From positions 270 through 64,269 of the forward strand of contig JAEUVU010000005.1 of assembly GCA_016786725.1 (NCBI GenBank): DNA of 64,000 nucleotides, written 5' to 3'. Below the pieces are notes generated by a model. That model was not told the DNA's origin. It was given only the letters and a program-made list of their open reading frames with translations, and did no database searches. Positions 47,056 to 56,260 of the stretch are shown in pieces. The position numbers and the translations under genes are program-made. The first letter of the stretch is position 1. Every line of letters starts with the position of its first letter. Source of the DNA: Ferruginibacter sp. Its GTDB lineage: Bacteria; Bacteroidota; Bacteroidia; Chitinophagales; Chitinophagaceae.

Positions 47056-47125
47056 TTTAATTCATGCAGTCTTCTTCTGTTTTTGTTTCTTTGTTGTTTG
47101 AAGAGAAAATTATATAAGATAATCT

Positions 47126-47668
47126 ATGACACAATCTTCGGGCAATTCCCCCTTTAGGGGGGTAGGGGGCGCCTGTATTTTCTTAATTGGTTTTATGGGG
47201 AGTGGTAAAACCCACTGGGGCAAAATATGGGCCCAGCAGGCAGGCCTTGATTTTTACGATCTTGATGAACTGATTGAAAAAAGGGAAGCTAAAACCATTG
47301 CTGCCATTTTTGAAAAACAAGGAGAAGGATATTTCAGAAAAATTGAAACCGATACATTAAAAACTTTTGAAGGAAAAGAAAACTGCATCATTGCCTGCGG
47401 GGGCGGAACAGCCTGCTTTAATGATAATATGCAATGGATGAATGAGAATGGAACAACCATTTATCTTTATGCAACACCTTCCTGTATTTTATCAAGAGTT
47501 AAGGAAGAAAAAGACAAACGGCCGCTGATTAACAAACACAATGAAGCAGAACTGTTGTTTTTTATTGAGCAAAAATTAAAAGAGCGGGAACCGTTTTACA
47601 GCCAGGCAAAAATTACTTTACCGGTAACCGGGCTGAATGAAAAAAGCCTTTTAACCATTAACATATAA
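47126..47668 (+). CDS. aroK: shikimate kinase
   Basis: IFLIGFMGSGKT Walker A, DLD, CGGG. The N-terminal 16 residues contain a G/C hairpin module. Confidence 0.9.
   Translation: MTQSSGNSPFRGVGGACIFLIGFMGSGKTHWGKIWAQQAGLDFYDLDELIEKREAKTIAAIFEKQGEGYFRKIETDTLKTFEGKENCIIACGGGTACFNDNMQWMNENGTTIYLYATPSCILSRVKEEKDKRPLINKHNEAELLFFIEQKLKEREPFYSQAKITLPVTGLNEKSLLTINI
47147..47170. repeat. G/C hairpin module, short subfamily, in frame at the 5' end of aroK
   Basis: TCCCCCTTTAGGGGGGTAGGGGGC, translated SPFRGVGGA. Confidence 0.75.
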
Positions 47669-47682
47669 CCACTAACCTTCTT

Positions 47683-48069
47683 ATGCACAAAGGATTTTTG
47701 AAAACTGCCGCTTTACTGGGCGCTTTATCTGTAGCGCTGGGTGCTTTTGGCGCTCATGGCTTAAAAAAATATTTAGATCAAAATGACCTGCAGGTATTTG
47801 AGACTGCCGTAAGGTATCAGTTTTACCATGCGTTTGCATTGCTGGCAGTGGGTATTTTGTATGCAACATTTCCTGGTAAATTAATGCAATGGGCAGGCAG
47901 GCTTTTTATAGCAGGAACGATATTATTTTCCGGCTCGCTGTATTTATTAAGTTATATAAAATACGCCCAGCTTCCTTTAAACTGGGTTGGAGCTATTACA
48001 CCGATAGGCGGTGTTTGTTTTATTGCCGGATGGTTATTGCTTTTCGTTGCTGCAGCAAAACGAAGCTAA
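47683..48069 (+). CDS. DUF423 (YgdD-like) membrane protein
   Basis: 128 aa, 4 TM. GAFGAHGL and VRYQFYHA motifs. Confidence 0.8.
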   Translation: MHKGFLKTAALLGALSVALGAFGAHGLKKYLDQNDLQVFETAVRYQFYHAFALLAVGILYATFPGKLMQWAGRLFIAGTILFSGSLYLLSYIKYAQLPLNWVGAITPIGGVCFIAGWLLLFVAAAKRS

Positions 48070-49895
48070 AATTGCTGCACTTTTCTGTGCATGGTTATTA
48101 AAGTACCGTTCTTGTTTTCAATATTGAAATCGCCCCCGATATCTGCCATCCGTTTTTTCATATTCTTTAAGCCGTTTCCAAACTGCCTTAATTTTTTCAT
48201 ATCAATGCCGGGGCCGTTATCGTGAATGTATAAGGTAAGGCTGTCGTCAACCCTCACCAGTGTGATGCTAACCTCGGTAGCTTTTGAGTGCTTTAAAATA
48301 TTGTTCAGGGCTTCCTTCACAACCAGGAAGATGTTTCTTCTGATGTTGCCTATCACCTGTATATTTGGTAAATTTTCGGGGATATCTATTTTACAATGCA
48401 CGCCTGTATCCTCAAAATACTCCAGCGCATAACTACGGATATAAGCGATCATATTGCTCAGTGAATCGTTGCTGTTGTTCATGCTCCAGATGATGGCATT
48501 CATCTTGGTGAGCAGTTCATTGGCTGCAGATGATATCTTTTCAATTTCAGGAATGGGCGTGTTGGTAAGTTTGTTTTTTGCCAGTTCGCTGTATAGCCTG
48601 ATGCTTGTCATACCGGCACCCAGGTCATCATGCATATCAGCACTTATGCGGTTTCTCTCTTCCTGTTTATGTGCTTCTTTTTTCCTGATCTCCTGTATTA
48701 ATTCTTTCTTGTTTTTGTATGTTAATCCTAAAAGAAAAAAAGTAAGTTCTCCTGCAATTCCTAAATAATAATAGAACAGGGCAGTTGAATAAAGCTCGGT
48801 TGGTTTTACTTTAAATGACAGTAGTATGAAAGAGATGATAGAAAAAGATACCAACATGGCATTTCCGGCTGCTATATAATTAAACAGCCGGTCTTTTCTT
48901 TTTAAAGCCAGGTATATAAATGTAAGTCCAAGCAGCAGGAAGAGTATCTTCATACCAAGCTCCAGGTAAAACTGAGGTAAAAACGAATCAGTAAAAAAAT
49001 GAAAACAAGTGAAAACAACCAGCAGCAGCATAACAAAACGTTCGCTCCATCTTAAAATACTGTCGAGCAATTTGTAGTTATCTATTGTATCTAAAAACCA
49101 CCTGGTGAAGGACATATAAAAAACAGAACCGGTAACCAAAAGAAAAAAATCAAAATAGGCATAATAAAAATTCACAAAGCCGGTAGATGATCTTGACAGA
49201 AGCGAATTGAAAAAGATCAGCAAAAGCATACAGAAAGAATAAGCCGCATTATAAAGGAATTCCTTTTTCCTGTTGATGATAAAACTGGTAAGCATAAAAA
49301 GTATCATCATGATCAGCACTCCGCTCATTACCAGGCCAAATACCTGGATGTCTGATTTATGCCTGGTTAAAACCAGTTTGTATTGTGGCAGGTAATCGGC
49401 ATTGATGAGTACCGGGCTGATGGCTCCTACATCTGTTTTAAGGGGCGTTACCTGCATCAGAAAATAGGCTGCTTCACCGGCGTCAAGTGTAATCAGTTTG
49501 TAATTGGATGCATTGCTGCTGTCTTGTATGCTGATATTTTTTTCTTCTATTTTATAAACCCTGAAACCGGTGAAGTACATCCCTGGATCCAGGTATGCTG
49601 AAACAGTTTTGGCGCTGTTGTTCTTTAAAAGCACTTTCAGGTATAAGGTAGAGTTGATGGTTTCGGGGCTTAATCTTTTTTTGGGGAAGGCACTTTTAAA
49701 ACGCTGAAAAGACTTTTGAAGAACCCCGGTAATGGGCAGGCTGCTGTTGCTTTCGAAACAATACTGGGTTTGCGCAAGCAGGCTTTTTTCATTTTTTATA
49801 TCAGTGATATAGACAGTGTCGGTGGTTGGGGCAGACTGGCCTTTACAAAAGTTTGCGGCCAATAAAAATACCAGGAGGGTAGTGATACGTTTCAA
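48066..49895 (-). CDS. sensor histidine kinase (periplasmic domain, 7TM, HisKA_3, HATPase)
   Basis: TTG start with signal peptide. Multi-TM centre, H-box ISADMHDDLGAGM, N box EALNNILKHS, G boxes DNGPGID and GNGLKNM. No response regulator is adjacent. Confidence 0.8.
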   Translation of the reverse strand: MKRITTLLVFLLAANFCKGQSAPTTDTVYITDIKNEKSLLAQTQYCFESNSSLPITGVLQKSFQRFKSAFPKKRLSPETINSTLYLKVLLKNNSAKTVSAYLDPGMYFTGFRVYKIEEKNISIQDSSNASNYKLITLDAGEAAYFLMQVTPLKTDVGAISPVLINADYLPQYKLVLTRHKSDIQVFGLVMSGVLIMMILFMLTSFIINRKKEFLYNAAYSFCMLLLIFFNSLLSRSSTGFVNFYYAYFDFFLLVTGSVFYMSFTRWFLDTIDNYKLLDSILRWSERFVMLLLVVFTCFHFFTDSFLPQFYLELGMKILFLLLGLTFIYLALKRKDRLFNYIAAGNAMLVSFSIISFILLSFKVKPTELYSTALFYYYLGIAGELTFFLLGLTYKNKKELIQEIRKKEAHKQEERNRISADMHDDLGAGMTSIRLYSELAKNKLTNTPIPEIEKISSAANELLTKMNAIIWSMNNSNDSLSNMIAYIRSYALEYFEDTGVHCKIDIPENLPNIQVIGNIRRNIFLVVKEALNNILKHSKATEVSITLVRVDDSLTLYIHDNGPGIDMKKLRQFGNGLKNMKKRMADIGGDFNIENKNGTLITMHRKVQQF

Positions 49896-50100
49896 TCTGC
49901 AGCTGTTTTCTCAAACCTACACAAATTCTGCGAAAGCAGGTATCCCGCCGGCAATTTTTTCAATGTATTTGAAGCAATGGTTTTATACAAGGGTTGCCAA
50001 CCTTTTAAAACCCGGCTGCAAAACAGATTATCTCTATCAAGGTTGGCAACCCTTTGACAAAGCTCCATTTTTTGAATGCAATTGAAGCAATGGTTTTCTA

Positions 50101-50108
50101 TATCTTTG
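50101..50108 (+). promoter_or_regulatory. candidate -7 box TATCTTTG for ftsK
   Basis: Exact TAnnTTTG ending 6 nt before the ATG at 50115, which would imply a very short or absent leader. A TTG lies 16 nt upstream. Confidence 0.35.
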
Positions 50109-50114
50109 TTGCCG

Positions 50115-52604
50115 ATGGCGAATAAACTGAAAACTGCAAAATCAAAAGCTCCTGATCCTGACCAATTAAAGCAGGAAAAAGATGAGACTGTTGAAGTGAA
50201 GCAATTGCTTAAAGACGAACGTACCCATAAAATTGCAGGCAGTATTTTACTGCTGCTGGCCTTTGTTTTTTTTATTGCATTTACCTCTTATTTATTTACC
50301 TGGGCCGAAGACCAGGACAAGTTCAGCTACCGCATGTTGCTGGCAAATGATATTAAAGTGCAGAACCTGCTGGGCACATTCGGCGCTTTTATTTCAGAGA
50401 TATTTATCCGTCATGGTTTTGGTGTAGCTTCTTACCTTATATGCACAACATTCTTTGTTTTTGGTATCAATTTGTTTTTTGGCAAGAAGGTTTTTTCTAT
50501 TTCAAAAAATATTAAATACCTGATCATAGGTTTACCAATTATCAGTGTGGCTACGTCTGCTGTTTTCCAGGGAAATCCTTTTCCATGGGGTGGCGCTGCG
50601 GGAGATATGATAAGAGATAAAATGTACACAACTATTGGGCAGGTTGGCACCATTGCTGTGTTAGCTGTAGCGGTATTATCCTATGTTATCTGGCGTTTTA
50701 ACCCCGTGTTTAAATTGCCTGCAAAAAAAGTTGCCGTTGCAAATGAGGAAATAATACCTGCTGAAGAACAGATATCGGAAAAGGTAGAATGGAACGATGA
50801 GGTAAAACCTGCTAAAGGGAATTCGATGAAAGATGTGGGGCCAATGCTGAATATTCCGGTTGTGGAAAATACAGAATTGAATCATGATCTGAACATAATT
50901 GAGAAAGAAGATGAAAAAACTGCACCGGCGATTGTGCCACCACTAAAAGAAGAAAAAATCATCCTCCCGGTTACAGAACCGGTTGCGCCTGTTGTTAAAC
51001 CTTCAAAATCTGAAAGCGACCTGGCATTGGAAATAAAATCGGTGCCGGAAAAAGTGGAAGAGGAGGAAAAGCCGGCTGCCGCAAAAGTGGCTGCCAGCAA
51101 ACCTTACGATCCAATTCTTGATCTGAGAGATTATAAATATCCAATTCTTGATCTGCTGGCCAACCATGGCAGTGACAAGATAGTACAGGATGCCAATGAA
51201 CTGGAAAATAATAAAAACCAGATCATCGGCACACTCAGGAATTATGATATTGAGATACAGAAAATTTACGCAACGGTTGGTCCTACAGTAACACTATATG
51301 AGATTATTCCCGCTGCCGGTGTAAGGATATCAAGAATTAAAAACCTGGAAGATGATATTGCCCTGAGCCTTGCTGCGCTTGGTATCCGCATTATTGCACC
51401 AATACCTGGTAAAGGAACCATTGGTATTGAAGTACCGAATGCGAAGAAGAGCATTGTGAGCATGAAAACTTTGCTCTCTTCAGAAAAATTTCAGAACAAC
51501 AGCTTTTCATTACCCATTGCTATTGGTAAAAAGATAGACAATGAGAATTTCATTGTTGACCTTGCCAGTATGCCGCACTTGCTGATGGCGGGTGCAACCG
51601 GCCAGGGCAAATCAGTTGGATTGAATGCGATACTTGTTTCGCTGTTGTACAAAAAACATCCATCGCAATTAAAATTTGTTTTGGTTGATCCTAAGAAGGT
51701 GGAGCTGAGTATTTATAAAACCATTGAGAATCATTTCCTGGCAAAATTGCCCGGCGAAGAAGATGCCATCATCACCGATACTAAGAAAGTAGTGCATACT
51801 TTGAATGCACTTTGTATTGAAATGGATAACCGCTACGACCTGTTGAAAGAAGCCGGTTGCCGCAACATAAAAGAATACAACGAGAAATTTGCTGCACGCA
51901 AACTCAATCCTGAAAAGGGGCATCAGTTCTTACCATTTATTGTTTTAGTGGTGGATGAATTTGCCGACCTGATAATGACAGCCGGTAAAGAAGTGGAAAT
52001 GCCGATAGCCAGGCTGGCCCAACTTGCCAGGGCAGTTGGTATTCACCTGATCATTGCTACGCAAAGACCGTCGGTGAATATCATTACCGGTACCATCAAA
52101 GCAAACTTCCCGGCACGTATTGCATTTAAAGTGAGCAGTAAAATTGATAGCCGTACTATTCTGGATGCAGGCGGAGCAGAGCAATTGATTGGTAAAGGAG
52201 ATATGCTCATCAGCTATAATGGTGATATCGTGCGTTTGCAATGCGCTTTTGTGGATACACCAGAAGTTGACAAGATCGTTGATTTTATTGCCGGGCAACG
52301 TGGCTATCCTCAGCCATTTTTATTACCAGAGTATATTGATGAAAAAGATATGGAAGGAAAAGATTTTGACCTGGGCGATAAAGATCCTTTGTTTGAAGAT
52401 GCAGCAAGATTAATTGTTGCCAGCCAGGTAGGCAGCACCTCTTTATTACAACGCAGAATGAAACTTGGATACAACCGTGCAGGCCGCCTGATGGACCAAT
52501 TGGAAGCCGCAGGTATTGTTGGTGGCAACCAGGGCAGCAAGGCAAGGGATGTATTGGTAAAAACAGAAGCTGATCTGCAGCAAATGCTGGATTCATACAC
52601 TTAA
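50115..52604 (+). CDS. ftsK: DNA translocase FtsK/SpoIIIE
   Basis: ORF trimmed to ATG 50115 (MANKLKTAKSK). N-terminal TM segments, Pro/Glu-rich linker, Walker A GATGQGKS, Walker B VVDEFADL, gamma domain LLQRRMKLGYNRAGRLMDQLE. Confidence 0.93.
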   Translation: MANKLKTAKSKAPDPDQLKQEKDETVEVKQLLKDERTHKIAGSILLLLAFVFFIAFTSYLFTWAEDQDKFSYRMLLANDIKVQNLLGTFGAFISEIFIRHGFGVASYLICTTFFVFGINLFFGKKVFSISKNIKYLIIGLPIISVATSAVFQGNPFPWGGAAGDMIRDKMYTTIGQVGTIAVLAVAVLSYVIWRFNPVFKLPAKKVAVANEEIIPAEEQISEKVEWNDEVKPAKGNSMKDVGPMLNIPVVENTELNHDLNIIEKEDEKTAPAIVPPLKEEKIILPVTEPVAPVVKPSKSESDLALEIKSVPEKVEEEEKPAAAKVAASKPYDPILDLRDYKYPILDLLANHGSDKIVQDANELENNKNQIIGTLRNYDIEIQKIYATVGPTVTLYEIIPAAGVRISRIKNLEDDIALSLAALGIRIIAPIPGKGTIGIEVPNAKKSIVSMKTLLSSEKFQNNSFSLPIAIGKKIDNENFIVDLASMPHLLMAGATGQGKSVGLNAILVSLLYKKHPSQLKFVLVDPKKVELSIYKTIENHFLAKLPGEEDAIITDTKKVVHTLNALCIEMDNRYDLLKEAGCRNIKEYNEKFAARKLNPEKGHQFLPFIVLVVDEFADLIMTAGKEVEMPIARLAQLARAVGIHLIIATQRPSVNIITGTIKANFPARIAFKVSSKIDSRTILDAGGAEQLIGKGDMLISYNGDIVRLQCAFVDTPEVDKIVDFIAGQRGYPQPFLLPEYIDEKDMEGKDFDLGDKDPLFEDAARLIVASQVGSTSLLQRRMKLGYNRAGRLMDQLEAAGIVGGNQGSKARDVLVKTEADLQQMLDSYT

Positions 52605-52610
52605 ATATCT

Positions 52611-52683
52611 GAGAGGTGAGTGGTGAGACGTGAGTTGATGCATCCGAATACTCACAAATCACGCCTCATGTCTCACACTTCAC
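52611..52683. repeat. GTGAGACGTGAG / CTCATGTCTCAC word block (direct then inverted copies)
   Basis: GAGAGGTGAGTGGTGAGACGTGAG ... CTCACAAATCACGCCTCATGTCTCACACTTCAC, between ftsK and pth. Confidence 0.65.
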
Positions 52684-52689
52684 GATACA

Positions 52690-53271
52690 ATGTCAAAATT
52701 CTTATTTGTTGGCCTAGGAAATATCGGTGCCGAGTATGCCAATACCCGCCACAATATTGGCTTTGATGTAATGAATGCATTTGTGATGAAACATGGCGGC
52801 AGTTTTAAGGTTGACAGGCTGGCTTATGTGGCCGAAGTGAAACTCAAGGGCAAACAAATCGTTTGCATTTGTCCCACCACTTTTATGAACCTGAGCGGCC
52901 GTGCATTTAAATACTGGCTCGATAAAACCAAAGTGCCACTTGAAAATACATTGACTGTTGTAGATGATTTGGCATTGCCACTTGATAAGTTAAGATTGCG
53001 GCCAAGCGGCACCGATGCCGGGCATAATGGCTTAAAAGATATTCAGCATATTTTGGGTACTGATAAATACCCCAAACTGCGGTTTGGCATAGGCAATAAT
53101 TATCCCAAAGGTATGCAGGCCGGTTTTGTTTTGGGCAAATGGCTTAAAGCAGAAGAGCCTGTGGTAATGCTTAAGATAGAAAAATGCCTGGAACTGATGG
53201 AGAGTTTTATAACAACAGGTATTGAGCAAACCATGACGGCTTTCAACAATCTTTCTATTAAAGCCTCATGA
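52690..53271 (+). CDS. pth: peptidyl-tRNA hydrolase
   Basis: GLGNIGAEYANTRHNIGF and GHNGLKDI motifs. Confidence 0.95.
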   Translation: MSKFLFVGLGNIGAEYANTRHNIGFDVMNAFVMKHGGSFKVDRLAYVAEVKLKGKQIVCICPTTFMNLSGRAFKYWLDKTKVPLENTLTVVDDLALPLDKLRLRPSGTDAGHNGLKDIQHILGTDKYPKLRFGIGNNYPKGMQAGFVLGKWLKAEEPVVMLKIEKCLELMESFITTGIEQTMTAFNNLSIKAS

Positions 53272-53363
53272 AGGTTTATTTGGCTCTGATATACAGTTAG
53301 TTGTTTTTTTTTGGCTATTTGTATATATTCGTGCTGTAAACGCAATACCTAAAAAAACTTGTA

Positions 53364-53975
53364 ATGAAGATTATTTGTGTTGGCCGGAATTATGCAGACC
53401 ATGCTAAGGAATTGGGAAATAGTATTCCTGATGAACCGGTAATTTTCATGAAACCCAAAAGTGCTTTATTGCAAAGCCACACCCCGTTTTATTATCCCGA
53501 ATTTACCAACGAACTTCATTATGAATGTGAAATTGTTTTGCGTGTAAGTAAGAACGGAAAATACATCCAGGAAAAACATGCCTCCAATTATTATGATGCT
53601 GTAACAGTAGGGATTGATTTTACTGCCCGTGACCTGCAGGATGAACTAAAAAAGAAAGGCCTGCCCTGGGAAAAAGCAAAAGCATTTGACAACTCAGCCG
53701 TTGTTGGCAAATTCATACCCATCACTCCGGATTTTAACAGGAAGAATATCAGTTTTTCATTATTAAAAAATGGCGAAAAGGTGCAGGATGGTAATTCAGG
53801 GCAGATGATATTCAGCATTGACAAGATCATTGAAAATATCTCCAATTATTTTTCCTTAAATATCGGCGACCTCATTTTTACCGGCACTCCTGCTGGTGTT
53901 GGCGAATGCGTAACCGGCGATGTGCTGGAAGGCTTTATAGATAAGCAAAGCCTGTTCAGTGTAGAGATAAGATAA
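53364..53975 (+). CDS. fumarylacetoacetate hydrolase family protein
   Basis: 203 aa. CVGRNYADHAKE, ELHYECEI and GDLIFTGTPAGVG motifs. Confidence 0.88.
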   Translation: MKIICVGRNYADHAKELGNSIPDEPVIFMKPKSALLQSHTPFYYPEFTNELHYECEIVLRVSKNGKYIQEKHASNYYDAVTVGIDFTARDLQDELKKKGLPWEKAKAFDNSAVVGKFIPITPDFNRKNISFSLLKNGEKVQDGNSGQMIFSIDKIIENISNYFSLNIGDLIFTGTPAGVGECVTGDVLEGFIDKQSLFSVEIR

Positions 53976-54075
53976 TGTTGTCTCCTGTTATGCAGGCGAT
54001 ATGGGCAACCCGTTTAAATAAATTTATAGATTTCTCCTTACGTCGAAATGACAAGTTAATTATAAACTCAATTAC

Positions 54076-54108
54076 AAACCGCTGCTTACCAAACAGCGGT
54101 TTTTTATT
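54076..54108 (+). terminator. rho-independent terminator
   Basis: ACCGCTG - 9 nt - CAGCGGT followed by TTTTTATTT. Confidence 0.8.
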
Positions 54109-54110
54109 TA

Positions 54111-54118
54111 TACCTTTG
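54111..54118 (+). promoter_or_regulatory. candidate -7 box TACCTTTG
   Basis: TAnnTTTG match 36 nt upstream of the ATG at 54154. Confidence 0.45.
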
Positions 54119-54153
54119 CCCATCTTTTTTCATTCAAACGCTTGCAATTTTAG

Positions 54154-56238
54154 ATGACCAATAACGATATTTTATTAAGAGCCTGGAAACTGATGTGTAC
54201 TGCCAAAGCCATGGCCGACACTTATGAAGACAACCGGCCCATCTGCAAATATGTACATTCAACCAGCCGTGGTCATGAAGCTATACAACTTGCAACCGCT
54301 TTCAACCTGCTTCCCTGCGATTATGTGAGTCCGTATTATAGAGATGAGAGCCTGTTACTTGGGCTTGGTTTTTCACCTTACGAACTGATGCTGCAGTTAC
54401 TTGCCAAAGGCAATGATATTTTTACCGGTGGCAGAGAATATTATTCTCACCCCAATTATAAAGGAGATGAGAAACCTAATATCATTCACCAAAGCAGTGC
54501 AACCGGTATGCAGGCTATACCAACAACCGGTATTGCACAAGGCATCAAATTTTTAGAAAAGATTGCACAGAACGAACAACGAACAACCAGCAACGAACAA
54601 CCAATTGTCGTTTGCTCTTTAGGCGATGCATCTGTTACCGAAGGAGAAGTAAGTGAAGCATTCCAGTTTGCAGCTTTGCATCAATTGCCAATTATTTATT
54701 TAGTGCAGGATAATGGCTGGGGCATTAGTGTAACATCTGAAGAAGCCCGAACAACCAATGCCAACGAAATGGTGAAAGGTTTTAAAGGCATCAAACGCAT
54801 TAGTATTGACGGAAGTGATTTTGAACAGAGCTATGATGTGATGAAGAATGTGGTGGAAGAAGTGAGAAGAGACAGAATCCCTTTCCTGGTTCATGCAAGA
54901 GTGCCACTGCTTGGCCATCATACCAGCGGTGTACGAAAAGAGTTTTACAGAACAGAAGAAGACCTGGCAAAACATTATGCAGATGATCCGGGGCCAAAGC
55001 TCAGGCAAAGATTACTCAATACCGGAATTGCAGAAGAAACCTTATTTCAAATTGAAAAAGATGCTGCAACAGAAGTTGCCCATCATTTTCAGGGAGCGGT
55101 TGCTGCTCCTGAACCTGATCCTTCAACTGTAAGCGAGCATGTTTTTGTACCAACACCGGTAACTGAAGAAAGAGGTGAACGTTCTCCCGCAAACAAAGAA
55201 AAAGTATTGATGGTTGATGCGGCATTGTTTGCCATAAGAGAAATAATGGAAGACCATCCAACATCGCTTTTATATGGGCAGGATGTAGGGCGCAGGCTGG
55301 GAGGTGTTTTCAGGGAGGCTGCAACATTAGCCGAGCAGTTTGGCGACCATCGTGTTTTTAATACAGCTATACAGGAAGCATACATCATCGGTTCAACAGT
55401 TGGTATGTGTGCGGTTGGTGCCAAGCCAATTGTGGAGGTTCAGTTTGCCGATTATATTTACCCGGGGTTGAACCAACTGGTAACAGAAATTTCCAAGAGC
55501 TGTTATTTAAGCTGCGGTAAATTTCCGGTTCAAACTTTAATACGTGTGCCAATTGGCGCTTATGGCGGCGGCGGCCCATATCATAGTGGTTGTGTTGAAA
55601 GTACTTTGCTTACCATCAAAGGAATTAAAATTGTTTATCCCAGCAATGCGGCAGATATGAAAGGTTTGCTGAAAGCTGCTTTTTTTGATCCCAATCCTGT
55701 GGTAATGCTGGAGCATAAAGGCTTGTACTGGAGTAAAGTTCCCGGAACCGAAGAAGCAAAAACGGTAGAGCCATCCCGTGATTATATCATACCCTTAGGA
55801 AAAGGAAATATTGTTTTGCAGGCAAATGAGGATTGCGTTGATAATGGCGAAAGTTGCTGCATCATTACCTATGGCATGGGTGTGTATTGGGCAAAAGCTG
55901 CGGCTAAAAACCTTGCCTACCGGCAGGCAGGTTTCCCGGGCCGTGTTGAAATTGTTGACTTACGTACTTTATTTCCATTGGATGAAGCACTTGTTTTTGC
56001 AACTGTAAAAAAACACGGCAAGTGTTTAATCGTAACAGAAGAGCAGCAAAACAATTCTTTTGCCGAAGCATTGGCAGGCAGAATTTCAAAAGAATGTTTC
56101 CGCTATTTGGATGCACCGGTGGATGTTTTAGGCGCATTAAATTTACCGGCAGTGCCAATGAATGTGATTTTGGAAAAAGCCATGTTGCCTAATGCAGAAA
56201 AAGTTGCTGCAAGATTAGAACGATTGCTAAGTCAATAG
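54154..56238 (+). CDS. 2-oxoacid dehydrogenase E1 component, fused alpha/beta subunits (TPP-dependent)
   Basis: 694 aa. TPP motif region GDASVTEGE...YLVQDNGWGIS. The C-terminal half has transketolase-like pyrimidine-binding blocks (FNTAIQEAYIIG, VEVQFADYIYPG). Confidence 0.85.
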   Translation: MTNNDILLRAWKLMCTAKAMADTYEDNRPICKYVHSTSRGHEAIQLATAFNLLPCDYVSPYYRDESLLLGLGFSPYELMLQLLAKGNDIFTGGREYYSHPNYKGDEKPNIIHQSSATGMQAIPTTGIAQGIKFLEKIAQNEQRTTSNEQPIVVCSLGDASVTEGEVSEAFQFAALHQLPIIYLVQDNGWGISVTSEEARTTNANEMVKGFKGIKRISIDGSDFEQSYDVMKNVVEEVRRDRIPFLVHARVPLLGHHTSGVRKEFYRTEEDLAKHYADDPGPKLRQRLLNTGIAEETLFQIEKDAATEVAHHFQGAVAAPEPDPSTVSEHVFVPTPVTEERGERSPANKEKVLMVDAALFAIREIMEDHPTSLLYGQDVGRRLGGVFREAATLAEQFGDHRVFNTAIQEAYIIGSTVGMCAVGAKPIVEVQFADYIYPGLNQLVTEISKSCYLSCGKFPVQTLIRVPIGAYGGGGPYHSGCVESTLLTIKGIKIVYPSNAADMKGLLKAAFFDPNPVVMLEHKGLYWSKVPGTEEAKTVEPSRDYIIPLGKGNIVLQANEDCVDNGESCCIITYGMGVYWAKAAAKNLAYRQAGFPGRVEIVDLRTLFPLDEALVFATVKKHGKCLIVTEEQQNNSFAEALAGRISKECFRYLDAPVDVLGALNLPAVPMNVILEKAMLPNAEKVAARLERLLSQ
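54569..54602. repeat. GAACAACGAACAAC word block in frame inside the E1 gene
   Basis: CAGAACGAACAACGAACAACCAGCAACGAACAAC, translated QNEQRTTSNEQ. Confidence 0.7.
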
Positions 56239-56260
56239 CAGGATCATCAAAAAAAGAAAA

